Shown piece after piece: positions 50,355 through 62,517 of a DNA stretch of 64,000 bases (the stretch's first letter is position 1; the number at the start of each line of letters is the position of its first letter). The stretch is from NCBI RefSeq assembly GCF_006345805.1, contig NC_043000.1, forward strand, positions 139,376,001 through 139,440,000. Direction: 5' to 3'. The translations under genes were made by a program, and so were the position numbers. This DNA comes from Octopus sinensis (Eukaryota). Below the pieces are notes generated by a model that saw only the letters and a program-made list of their open reading frames with translations, had not been told where the DNA came from and made no database searches.

Positions 50355-50981
50355 TCTTTTACTCATTTACTTGTTTCAGTCATTTGACTGTGGCCATGCT
50401 GGAACACTGCGTTTAGTCAAAAAAATCGACCCCAGGACTTATTCTTTGTAAGCCTAGTACTTATTCAATCAGTCACTTTTGCCGAACTGCTAAGTTACAG
50501 GGAAACAAACACACCAGCATCGGTTGTCAAGCGATGTTGCAGGGACAAACACAGACGCACAAACATATACACACACATACATACATATATATATATATAT
50601 ATAAGAATTTTTTGCGTAATAAGATAACAAACTAAGGCTGTATAGATAATAGAGCATTTATAGATAGAAGGTCTTACAGCTGTTTCTAGGATATTAATTA
50701 ATAATTAATAATATCCCTTCATCAGAAACAGTGTGAGAGGAAAAATTAAGTCATATATATATACATATATATATATATGTATACATATATACGATGGTCT
50801 TCTTTCAGTTTCCATCTACCAAATCCACTCACAAGGCTTTGGTCGGCCCAAGGCTATAGTAGAAGACACTTGCCCAAGGTGCCACACAGTGGGACTGAAT
50901 CTTGAACCCTGTGGTTCGTAAGGAAGCTATTTACCACACAGCCACTCCTACACCTTTACCACACAGCCACTCCTATGCCTA
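50355..50981 (-). mobile_element. SINE family A interrupted by a Penelope-like insert at 50603-50751
   Basis: Family A halves flank the insert at the internal (TA)n. Confidence 0.85.
50671..50729 (-). ncRNA. Minimal hammerhead ribozyme, canonical core
   Basis: Minus strand: guuu CUGAUGA agggauauua...uaauauccua GAAA cagcug UA agac; palindromic stem III. Confidence 0.75.
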
Positions 50982-51459
50982 TGTATGTATAAATGTATGG
51001 GAACACAAATGCACTTCTTCCACATATATATTTATGTAACAAAATAACAGATAAAAAGGCCTAATGTATAGAAAATCAAAAATAAAAGTATATTACAAGA
51101 CATATTACTACAACAATACTAAGCAGAAGATTTAATGACTTTCTATGTCTTATTTCATTCATAAAATCCGCCATGTTCTTTCAAAATAAAATGTATTTAT
51201 GTAGATAAAAATCCCTAGATTCTAAATAAACAAATACCGATTGGAGTTTTATTCTTTTTGTCTGTCTTAATCTTACTATCATTATCAGAAATAAATCACA
51301 ATTCTTACTAATTCAAAAGCTATTTGTGTGTGCATGTATCCGTGTGTATGTGTGTGTGTGTGCGTACATGTGTGCATTCATGTGTTTGTGTATGTGTGTG
51401 TGTGTGTATCAATGCGTATATATTTATGATGCATAAATATATATAACATCTGTGTGCAT

Positions 51460-51565
51460 ATCCTCCTCTTCATCATCATCATTATCATCCTCCTTCTCTT
51501 CTTCCTCCTCCTCCTCCTCCTCCTCATCATCATCATCATTATCATCATCATCATTATCATCCTCC

Positions 51566-51597
<32 letters not shown>

Positions 51598-51645
51598 CTC
51601 CTCATCATCATCATCATCATCATCATCCTCATCCTCATCATCATT
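51460..51645. repeat. (TCC)n/(TCA)n compound microsatellite
   Basis: Direct reading. Confidence 0.9.
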
Positions 51646-52006
51646 TTTACACCCGCTTTCCATGCAAGCATAGGCTGTACATGTAGGCAAAATACAGCAG
51701 GTAGACAAAATACATGTTTTGCTTCAGGCTTGCAGCCTGGAAGATCATCTTTTGGCATATCTTTTATGGCTAGATACTTTTCGTAAAACCTATCACATTT
51801 CAAAGTGTACTGGGTGCTGCATTCTTTTGTGGCACCAGCAGTGTTGAGGTTACCTTATAACTTGTAAGACTAAAGAGAATTTTTATATCCAGCATTGTTA
51901 TTATTCAATTTATCTTTCTAACCATTTACAGAATGTACCTGATGATCTTATGTGGCACCAGCACAGGTGTTATTGCCTTATTACTCACAAAGTGAAAAAG
52001 AGACCT

Positions 52007-52421
52007 ATTTCTTTACTATCCACAAGGGGCTAAACACAGAGAGGACAAATAAGGACAGACAAACGGATTAAGTCGATTACATCGACCCCAGTGCGTAACT
52101 GGTACTTATTTAATCGACCCCGAAAGTATGAAAGGCAAAGTCGACCTCAGCGGAATTTGAACTCAGAACGTAATGGCAGACGAAATACCTATTTCTTTAT
52201 TACCCACAAGGGGCTAAACACAGAGGGGTCAAACAAGGACAGACATAGGTATTAAGTCGATTACATCGACCCCAGTGCGTAACTGGTACTTATTATTCGA
52301 CCCTGAAAGGATGAAAGGCAAAGTCGACCTTGGCGGAATTTGAACTCAGAACATAGCGGCAAATGAAATACCGCAAAGCATTTTGCCCGGTGTGCTAACG
52401 TTTCTGCCAGCTCGCCGCCTT
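52007..52421 (-). mobile_element. SINE family B head-to-tail dimer with a single 14-bp TSD
   Basis: TGAAAAAGAGACCT at 51993-52006 and 52422-52435. Confidence 0.85.
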
Positions 52422-53079
52422 TGAAAAAGAGACCTGAGCCTGGAAGGAAGATATTCGTTTTTACGAGAGTATGGTAGTTGGAAAAATCACAGAGAATAGT
52501 GGTGGGTTGAAGCAATGGAGAAGAAAGGGTAGACGGGAAAGGGAAGAGCAATGTCAGGATTTAGTTTGAAGGAGAAGGACAATCAAATTGGTAATGATGG
52601 GGCAGATTGTGAAGGTGTAGACAGTGATGGCTATGTCAGTCCTCTTGTCATGCATGTATGGATTCGTTTTTTTGGAATTACACAGATTTGTTGCTGAGAG
52701 ATTATGGAATGGTTGAAAGTAACAGAGACTGTGTTAGGGAAACGGGTAACTGAAGGGAAAATGAAGAGTGGTATCAAGGTATCAGGGTGGTAATGGGGGA
52801 GTTTTAGAAAGTGAGAGGAATGTGGAAGGTTTGAATAAGAATAGAAGTAGTGTTACCCTATATTATACATGGTAGGTAAAATAGTGCATGAAGAAAAGAT
52901 AAGGTGGAAGGAAATAAAAATGAATGATAATAGGGTATGGGAAAAGTTGAGTCAAAGGATTAGTAAGAAAGGGTCAGACTGATAAGGGTTTTGAGCAGGT
53001 TGATTAGAAATAAAGGCAATGATACTGTGTGTTATATACAGATGAGTAGAGTAGGGTATAGAGAAATGGTAAGAAGATG

Positions 53080-53312
53080 AAGGCGATGAGCTGGCAGAAA
53101 TGTTAGCATGCCGGGCAAAATGCTTTGCAGTATTTTGTCTGTCTTTATGTTCTGAGTTCAAATTCTGCTGAGGTCGACTTTGCCTTTCATCCTTTCAGGG
53201 TGGATAAATTAAGTACCAGTTATGTACTGGGGTCGATGCAATCGACTTAATCCCTTTGTCTTTCCTTGTTTGTTCCCTCTATGTTTAGCCCATTGTGGGC
53301 AATAAAGAAATA
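53080..53312 (+). mobile_element. SINE family B, full-length
   Basis: GGCGATGAGCTGGCAGAA...GCCCATTGTGGGCAATAAAGAAATA; AAGAWGATGAAGG duplicated on both sides. Confidence 0.85.
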
Positions 53313-53791
53313 AGATGATGAAGGGTCTGAACATATTCTCAAAGAAACATGCCCAAGAAATCATTGTAACAGAAGAATCACGGTAAAGTGAATAATGTTT
53401 TCCAGAACGTAATTCCTTTCAGCTTAGGCATCATGATTCAGGATCAGACAGAACAAATATGGATAACGGGACATAGGGAGCAAAAAGGAACAGGGAGATG
53501 TAACTCATGTTCTTCCTCTCAATTCTGGATGATATGATATGGATACCAGGAAAGAATAGGAGAAAAGAAAAGCATACAATAGAATAGATAGTGGGGTTGA
53601 TGTAAGGGTATAGAATAGGTAATAGTCAAGTGAGATGGAGATGTGTGTACTTTACAATAGGAAAACTGGTGTATACTCTATTACACTGTTTCAAGGTGTA
53701 TTTTGTCAAGCTTTCATGGGATTTTGGGTCTTCTGCAGTGCCACATATTGCCAGTAAACACACTCTTTTATCCTCAATTTCATCAGTTTGG

Positions 53792-53954
53792 CATAGGAGT
53801 GGCTGTGTGGTAAGTAGCTTGCTTACCAACCACATGGTTCTGGGTTAAGTCCCACTGCGTGGCACCTTGGGCAAGTATCTTCTACTATAGCCTCGGGCTG
53901 AATAAAGCCTTGTGAGTGCATTTGGTATACGGAAAATGAAAGAAGCCTGTCGTA

Positions 53955-54003
<49 letters not shown>

Positions 54004-54228
54004 ATGTATATGTTTATGTGTCTGTGTTTGTCCCCCAACATCACTTGACAATCGATGCTGGTGTGTTTACATCCCCGTAACCTAGTGGTTCGGCAAAAGA
54101 GACCGATAGAATAAGTACTAGGCTTACAAAGAATAAGTCCTGGGGGTGATTTGCTCGACTAAAGGCGGTGCTCCAGCATGGCCACAGTCAACTGACTGAA
54201 ACAAGTAAAAGAGTAAAGAGTAAAGAGA
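53792..54228 (+). mobile_element. SINE family A, full-length
   Basis: Family A. Confidence 0.9.
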
Positions 54229-54239
54229 GTTGTAACATC

Positions 54240-54960
54240 TTCAGATACTTTTTCACCATTACATCTCAAGTCTTCAACAGTCTCTCTCTTCTACAGATAA
54301 CATTCACTTCAGGCACTCAGCACTTGCTTATGAAGCTATCATCTCTCATTGAAATCATGGTCTATGCCACAGTCTCCTCTTTTGCACCCTTCTTCTGATT
54401 TCCCCATGTGTACCCAATTTACCTTTCTCTTCATTCATATTTTCATTTTCATGCACACTAGTATGGCACATCAGCACCTCATTTCTTTCAACCCTTCGTA
54501 GATTCTCCACATTAAAAGCTCATATCTTGCTATTGAGCAGCAGTGTACTTTATACACGAAGCTCATAAAATTTGCTCTTTGAACTTGAAGGAGAAACTCT
54601 TAGTTGTTGGCAGACACTCAAGCTCCTGAATTTTATTCAACCCATTTTTATTCTAGCTTTCACATTTTGAGAGCAGCTTCACCCTCTACCAATTGTGTGG
54701 CCAAGATAACAAAACCTATCAACTAATAGACAAACTTCTAAGCATTTGAGGAGCCTATTTTTCAAGTAGCTCCAATACTTATTGTCCCAGTGCACCTGCT
54801 TTTATGAAATCTACATTTTTGTGTTTTAGTCCTACCTGTAATACAACTGCACTTCTAGAGTTTTTATTGTTTATGGTGAGCACCCTTATAGAATTTCTGC
54901 TAGTATCTTTACTGCAAACAGATCTTGTCTACTTGCCTTCTTAGTAAAACTTATGTTATT
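54240..54960 (-). mobile_element. Degenerate RTE LINE ORF C-terminal relic
   Basis: Minus-strand remnants resembling G.NK.....LPTTKSFS...YE...SV LL...W..NVE.LRRVERNE; many stops and indels. Confidence 0.5.
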
Positions 54961-55002
54961 GCTAAATTTACTTAATGTATATATATAAAATAATAATAAT
55001 AA

Positions 55003-55251
55003 ATGCACCCTTTTAAAACCTAGCCAGGCTCATGGGCCCGGTTTCCTGGTTTCAATGGCGTATGTGTTCCCCAGCTGGATAGGACTCCAGTCCATCGCAG
55101 TGTCACTCATTTTTGCCAGCTGAGTTGACTGGAGTAACGTGAAATGGAGTGTTTTGCTCAAGAACACAACGCGTCACCTGGTCCAGGAATTGAAACTACA
55201 ATCTTACGATCATGATGCTGACACCCTAACCACTAAGCCACGTGCCTCCAC
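55003..55251 (-). mobile_element. SINE family D, full-length
   Basis: Reverse complement of 44668-44929. Confidence 0.85.
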
Positions 55252-57244
55252 TTATATATATATATATATATATGTACATACATACACACACATGCACGTG
55301 ACCACATCTTGTTTGTATGGTTTATAATGTGATAATGTTTCTATAACAGGATGCTCTTCCTAACCTCAACCACTTTACAGAATGTACTGGGTGAACTTTA
55401 TTGTTGTTCCAGCTCTAATGACGATGTCTTGTATCCTGCCAAATACATTTTCTCTATTTTCATGTAGCAACAGGCAACAAAAATAATCATTTGACCAGGA
55501 GAGTAGGTAATTGCAGATGATAAACAGAGGTGGAAAAAAGAAAGAAAGAAACATATAATGGGGGTGGAAGTGTGAGGGGTGTGACAACATTTTTACCTTT
55601 TGTAATGGATATGATTGAATTAAGGTGTATGTTATATAAGAGTTGTTTCCAAATGACTGCTAATTTGCTAGTGTTGTTTACAACTGATTTGTCAAAAGCT
55701 TTTCAAACATTTTAAATTCATTATATTCAGAAAAGGAATTCATTAAAACTTGATTCAAAAACCATAATAGGTCTTGCTGAATTCAGGAGTGATTTTCTTT
55801 CAAAGCACTCCTTGATTCTGTAGGCAAATGAGATTTGGAGGAATCATATATTTGTCAACAATGTATTTGTGCATATATAAACACATACTTATGTTTTCTA
55901 ATTACAATCCTTAAAACTGCAAACCAATTAATATTACACAAAATGAGTTTCTGTCGTTCTTGGGTTGACTTTGTAAGTAACCTTCTATAACTACATCAAT
56001 TGTTTATATCAAAATATAAAAAAAGAAATGTTTCAGAAAAGAAGGGACACTTATGACTAGAAAAATTTCATGAAATTACAGTTCATTTTTGAATTAATGC
56101 CTCTTATTTGGCATTCTGTCATTGATTACTGAGTTTTTTTCCATTTCTTTTTGAATGGGTCTGCTTCATGTCTTTCCATCTATCATGACAGAATGATAAA
56201 TATCCTACTAACTTAGAAGATTTATTTATGCATTTCTATTTGAGAGGAGACAGCATCAACAATGAAGTAATTTGAATTTGGCCAAAATATCGATTTTATA
56301 GTGTGACAGCTTACATCTATTCATTTCCCATGTAGGGCTGATACCTGGGAAACAGAATAGATGATACCACTTAGTCTTGGAAGCTGATGCTAAAAGGTGG
56401 TATATTCCATATATTCCACATTTAATGACCTTGCCTGATGAAGAATGTATGGTGTCGAAATATGTTTGTCCTTCATGGCAGATTCAGGAAATGTTGTGAT
56501 AGATTAAGGATGGTCTCCTACATGTCTTAAAAATCTTTGGCATCAAGATTTCAGAAATTTATATGGTTCAATGTGCCCTAACTTGGTATGAAATCTCAAA
56601 ACCGAGTTTTATTTACTGCAAGATATTTTGAAAACAAAGTATGTGGAAATTGCTTTCAAATTCTTTTAACCTGAGTCCAGTGTTTGAAGAATACGAAGGA
56701 TATTACTGAAGTAGAAATAACTGTGAATATTACTAAAAATGGCCACTTTAATATGGATGGTTAATTTTCCGGGGTTGGAACCTATTGAACTTCAGCCTTT
56801 TGGAAGCTTATCTTGAAGCATACCAATTTAAATGCAATGAACCAAGAGCTTCTAGTGTACTATACTACTGAAGTGCTGTGTTGGGATTACATGAATCATT
56901 AACATAATGAGATTTGTAGATGTTTGTAGAAGAAAAAAAATCAATTATGTCAACGTTAGCATGGTTTTAACTCATAACTCTTTATAATTCTTATCTAGTG
57001 AACAACTCATACATGAGATAATCTTGTCTGGTATTCTAATACAGAGACAGTCTTCTAATTTCAAGATTTTTTTTTTTAAACTTGAATGTTATGTTGTTTG
57101 TCTCCTTGTAGTTGCAATACTGTGTTACTGAATGTATTTATCACCATGATTTGATTACTTATTGAAGTCTTTGAAATTTCAGAAGTTTCAAAGTTATCTA
57201 GTTTGGCTTAGTTTTCTGGGATTTTTATTTTGTTTATTATTATT

Positions 57245-57638
57245 TACATGTGTGAGTGCGTGTACATATGTATATATATATGTGTAAGTGTATTTGTGTG
57301 TATATTTATATATAAACATATGTATGTTTATACATACGTATGTATATGCATTTATATGTACACACACACACATATATATATATACACATATATATATACA
57401 TATATATACAAATGTATATATTTAATACACACACACACATATATATATATATGTATGTATATATGTATATATATGTGTATGCATATTTATAAATGTATTT
57501 ATATACGTATGCATATGTGTATATATATGTATGTATATATGTATATATATGTGTATGCATGTTTATAAATGTATTTATATACGTATGCATATGTGTATAT
57601 ATATTTGTATATATATACATGTATATATATGTATATGT

Positions 57639-57684
<46 letters not shown>

Positions 57685-57693
57685 CATATATAC

Positions 57694-57785
<92 letters not shown>

Positions 57786-57810
57786 TATATATATATGTAC
57801 GTATGTATAG
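57245..57810. repeat. Long (TA)n/(TG)n compound microsatellite
   Basis: Direct reading. Confidence 0.95.
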
Positions 57811-58607
57811 TTGCATAGATTTTAAATATCATTTGATAATCATTTTCATTCATACAGCTAGTAACCATGAAATATTGCAGTTCATGATAATTTATATCAA
57901 TTGCAGAAATATTCTTGCTTCTATGTATAAATATCTTTAGAAAGCTACTGTTTGGTCTTTTTATTTTATTTTATTTTATTTTTTTTTTTGCTTTATCCAT
58001 TTCTGTCTTTCATTCTGTCATATGATATACAAATATGGCTGCTGCTTATTTTATAATCTCTTGATATTCAATTATTAATGCTTAGTCCGAATCTTTTACT
58101 GATAATGACTATATAATATTTCTCTCGAACAAGAAACAAGAAATATAAAACAGAAATAAAAAAAAAATGTTTCTAATAAAATTAAAATATCCATAATCTA
58201 AGAGAAATTTTATAGAGAAATTCTCTGAGACTCGAGTAAAATAAAAGACAAATATGTAAAGTATATAATCGGAAAAGTTGTTTGAAATTCCTGTTTCACA
58301 AACTGGTACTTATATCTGAATTAGATCAATTTATGTATGCATTTATGTATATAGTTATGTATGTATGTATGTATGCATGTATGTATGTATGTATGTATGC
58401 ATGTATGCACTTATGTATGTACACACACACACACATATATATATATATTAGAAGAAGCAATATATACCTGCTAAAATGGAACCCTAACATGGATCCCTAG
58501 ATCCAGCTTTAGCTGTGACCTTGGAACCTAACTGCTAACCAACTACAGCTCCTACCCAGTCTACCTATTCGTTTAGATCACAAGTGAACTAAAACCCTCA
58601 TATTCTA

Positions 58608-58649
<42 letters not shown>

Positions 58650-58657
<8 letters not shown>

Positions 58658-58900
58658 AATTCATAGATAAGGGCAAACGAAAAATTTCTAATGCCAAATA
58701 TGCCGAAAAATTGGACATATTGTCCATTAACCAATTTTTTGTCCAATTTTTCGGCATATTTGGCATTAGAAATTTTTTCGTTTGCCCTTATCTATGAATT
58801 GTTTATAAATTTAACCTTTAAAGGTATTTTTTAATATGCTGGCCATTGATAAAATTTTTTTGGGAAAAGAATTTTTTCGAAAAAGTTTTATCCTACATTA
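58650..58900. mobile_element. Insert in (TA)n with ~68-bp near-perfect inverted arms, probably a Penelope-like end fragment
   Basis: 58650-58717 is the reverse complement of 58740-58807; (TA)n on both sides. Confidence 0.5.
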
Positions 58901-58952
58901 GATATATATATATATATATATATATAAAGAGAGGGAGAGAGAGAGAGAGAGA

Positions 58953-59128
58953 GTAAATCCCAAAACGAGGAAACACAAAAAACAACAGCATGAGGACGTG
59001 GTACATGTAAAGTATTAGCAGACACTCAGAAAGGAAAGAAAAATGGTTTAACCTTTCGAGCAGATGCTTTTCTTCGGAAACAGAGAAAGGTCCAATAGAA
59101 GGGAAGCTGGAGGAAGAAAATCGCCAAT
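58953..59128 (-). mobile_element. Penelope-like fragment between (GA)n and (TA)n
   Basis: Carries a hammerhead; related sequence at 17083-17130 / 17530-17568. Confidence 0.6.
59046..59081 (-). ncRNA. Minimal hammerhead ribozyme (U4C, partly decayed)
   Basis: Minus strand: guuu CCGAAGA a aagc-aucu-gcuc GAAA gg UU aaac. Confidence 0.55.
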
Positions 59129-59194
59129 ACATATATATATACACATATATGTGTGTGTCTGTGTATATATATCTTTCTTTTTCTTTCTTTTTTC

Positions 59195-59595
59195 TTTTTT
59201 ACTTGTTTCAGTCATTTGACTACGGCCATGCTGGAGCACCGCCTTTAGTCGAGCAGATCGACCCCGGGACTTATTCTTTGTTAGCCCAGTACTTATTCTA
59301 TCGGTCTCTGTTTGCCCAACCCCTATGTGATGGGACATAAACACACCAGCATCGGTTGTCAAGCAATGCTAGGGGGACAAACACAGACACACAAACATAC
59401 ACACACATACATATATATATACATATATACGACAGGCTTCTTTCAGTTTCCATCTACCAAATGCACTCACAAGGCATTGGTCGGCCCGGGGCTATAGCAG
59501 AAGACACTTGCCCAAGATGTCACGCAGTGGGACTGAACCCGGAACCATGTGGTTGGTAAGCAAGCTACTTACCACACAGCCACTTCTGCGCCTAT
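59195..59595 (-). mobile_element. SINE family A, full-length
   Basis: Family A reverse complement. Confidence 0.9.
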
Positions 59596-59617
59596 ATATA
59601 TATATATATATATATAA

Positions 59618-59835
59618 TCATCATCATAATCATTTAATGTCTGTTGTCCATGCTGGCCTAGGTCAGACAGTTTGACCAGGGCTGGTAAGCTGGAAGGCTG
59701 CACCAGACTCTAGTCTGATTCGGCATTGTTTTCTACAGCTGGATGCCCAACCTAACACCAACCACTCCAAGAGTGTAATGGGTGCTTTTATTTTTTATGT
59801 GCCACCAGCCCAGGTGCCATTTGTATCACACTGGT
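59618..59835 (-). mobile_element. SINE family C, diverged
   Basis: CTACAGCTGGATGCCC...AACCACTCCAAGAGTGT. Confidence 0.75.
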
Positions 59836-59892
59836 ATCTCACGATATCATGTAAATAGCACACTATATACATATATACATACACACACACAT

Positions 59893-60772
59893 ATACAGAG
59901 TGTGTTGGCTTTTTGAGGACACCTCTTTCAAAAGCTTTAACTTTCTTCTAACTTGTATTTTTTGTATCTTCCACACAAATAGCATTAGGCACCAGGTTGA
60001 CTCAGCAACTGAAAACACATGCTGTAATCATTGCCTTAAATGCACAGCATTGTGATATAGAGAGATAGCTCACTTCTTGAAAATTACTTGGTCTTTCATT
60101 GTTGAAGTTTGAAAGGAATTGGATGATGCTGATAGGGTTTCAGCATCTGTAGCTTAATCCAAAATACGTGCACATGGTTCTAATACCACCAGAGAACATA
60201 ACTTTGCTCTGAAGTCCAAGAAATAATTAACAAAATCCCCAGAAAGACAATTAGAGCCATTACAAAGTATTTCAAGATTTCAGAACACACCATCAGAAGA
60301 GTTGTGCATGGCAACATCCAGTACAAGCTGTATATGATGTGGAGGAGGTCAGTTGATGCTAGATATCAACAGAGAATGTTTTGATCCATACAAAGTGTTT
60401 GCTAGGCTGGAGTGTTTTGGCTTTTCTCTGATGAGAAAAAAACTTCAATCAGGACCAAAAGGTAAGCTGAAGGAATGACCGATAATTGTGGAGCTACCTG
60501 AATGAAGTTCCAATTGTCATTGTTACTAAATTTTTGGCAACTGTGATGGTTCTGGGAGTCATTAGCAATGAAGGAGATGTCATGCCTTCTTTTATCACAG
60601 GGTTTAAGAGGCAATGCTGCTATCTACACAGAAGTGTTGGGGAAAGTTGTGAGGCCTTGGATACATAGAGTATGCAGTGGAAGACTGTACATCTTCTACC
60701 AAGACTCAGTGTAGTCTCATATGCCTAGGACAAACCAAACATAGATGTGTGCCAATCTTCAAGATCATATGC
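59893..60772 (+). pseudogene. Second maT/DD37D-type Tc1/mariner relic with left TIR-like start
   Basis: TA|CAGAGTGTGT start; W.FSDEK.NFNQDQKV..RNDR...EVPIVIVTKFLATVMVLGVISNEGDVMP...GLR.NAAIY.EVL.KVVRPWI.RVCSGR.YIF.QDS. Confidence 0.8.
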
Positions 60773-60874
60773 TTGTCATCTAAGAGTGATTATACTGTGT
60801 GATGAGATGTGATGTGTGTGTTGATGGGATGGCTATCATCTCTCAAGATGAAGCAATCATCACATATCTATATA

Positions 60875-61078
60875 TCATCATCATCATCATCATCATCATT
60901 TTCCTCTTCATCGCTTAGCATCCATTTTTCATGCTGGCATGGGTTAGACAGTTTGACCGGAACTGGTAAGCTGGAGAGCTGTACTAGACTCCAGTCTGGT
61001 TTTGGCTTGGTTTCTACAGTTGGATGCCCTTCCTAATGCTAACCACTTCAAGAGTTCAGTGGGTGCCTTTTACATGTC
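60875..61078 (-). mobile_element. SINE family C, diverged
   Basis: (CAT)n...CTACAGTTGGATGCCCTTCCTAATGC. Confidence 0.7.
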
Positions 61079-61402
61079 ACACCCACCCACCTACACACAC
61101 ATACACACACATATGCACACACATACACATACACATATATATATATATAAATAAGAGTACAGCAAGTTTGCAGATGATGCTATGATATAAGTTTAGCGAA
61201 ATGTGCAGGAGAATTTTACCAGTCCAATAACTGATTAGCTTTTCTTTAAAACCTCCTTCAAATAATGATAAACATCTATATATGTCCTCCACACAATTTC
61301 ATCCTCACCTTTCTACCCAGCACATACGGTATCATATCTTGTTTACATCACTCCTAAATAATTTTTCATAGCTATTGAATATATGTATTACAATGTCAAT
61401 AT

Positions 61403-61796
61403 CCTTTTCTACTCTAGGCACAAAGCCCGAAATTTTGGAGGAGGATAGTCGTTTAGATCGACCTCAGTGCGCAACTGGTACTTAATTTATCAACCCCAAA
61501 AGGATGAAAGGCAAATTGACCTTGACAGAATTTGTACTCAGAACATAAAGACAGTTGAAATACCAATTTCTTTACTACCCACAAGGTGCTAAACACAGAG
61601 GGGATAAACAAGTACAGCCAAACGGATTAAGTCGATTACATCGACCCCAGTGCGTTACTGGTACTTAATTTATTGACCCTGAAAGGAGGAAAGCCAAAGT
61701 CGACCTCCGCAGAATTTGAACTCAGAACGTAGCGGCAGACGAAATAATGCTAAGCATTTCACCTGGCGTGCTAACATTTCTGCCAGCTCGCCACCT
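61403..61796 (-). mobile_element. SINE family B heterodimer (two different tails) with TSD
   Basis: TGTCAATAT at ~61394-61402 and 61797-61805. Confidence 0.8.
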
Positions 61797-62517
61797 TGTC
61801 AATATTACATACACCCGAAATGGCCCTTTTGCAACTATTGTTTCTGCTTTCTTCACTCTCCCTCATAAAGAATCTTCTATCTTACACACTTATCCTCGCA
61901 CACTCTTCATTCACCAATCTCACACACATTTACACATGGTCTCCCATTCATTTGTTTTCCTCATTGTTATGTACACAAATGCCAGCATAAATAATCTTGA
62001 ACACCGTCGTTTCTACCTTTAACAAACTACTTCTTCAGTATATGCCCAAAATTAGCCTCTGACCTGCATGAATTTCATTTACAAGAGACTATTTAATCTC
62101 ACCTAATTCCATTCTGCAATTAGTCAACCTGCCTTTTATTCTACCAGCATATGCTCATTTTTTTTCCCATCTGTATAATTTTTCACTCTTTTCCGTTCAT
62201 CCTTCTTGGCAAAGAACAATTCTCTGTAGTGTCATCTCTTACTACACAGCATAAAAGGCATTGATTTTGTAGTCCAATTCATTGTACTTTGTAGATGTGT
62301 GTGTGCATGTGTTGTTCATTATTTGCTTTTGGTTTATTAAAGTTGATGTGCTCTTTACATTATGCATGTTAAGACTGTGTTATCTAATTGTTTTCCCATG
62401 CAGATGTCATTTCTAGGTCGTTTTCCTCGATACAACACATTTTTTACTTGGTGTGTCTGATCTATGAGCCTCTGCTTATATTCTCTAAGTCTGTTCTGGA
62501 ACTACTGAGTGAACTGT

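Noticed and set aside
56431-56470. CTGATGA...GAAA hammerhead-like motif
   Set aside because: Stem I and stem II do not pair convincingly and there is no repeat context; could at most be a very old relic
55900-57200. Unique AT-rich block as a coding exon
   Set aside because: No long ORF; may be UTR or ancient repeat, but cannot be supported from sequence alone
58478-58565. Interstitial telomeric (CCCTAA) repeat
   Set aside because: Only one exact hexamer within a highly degenerate 6-bp periodic tract
17083-59559. Recurrent ORFs 'MSSNARGTNTDTQT...DTCPRCHAVGLNPEPCGW' as a gene family
   Set aside because: They are antisense translations of SINE family A; the frame depends on microsatellite length
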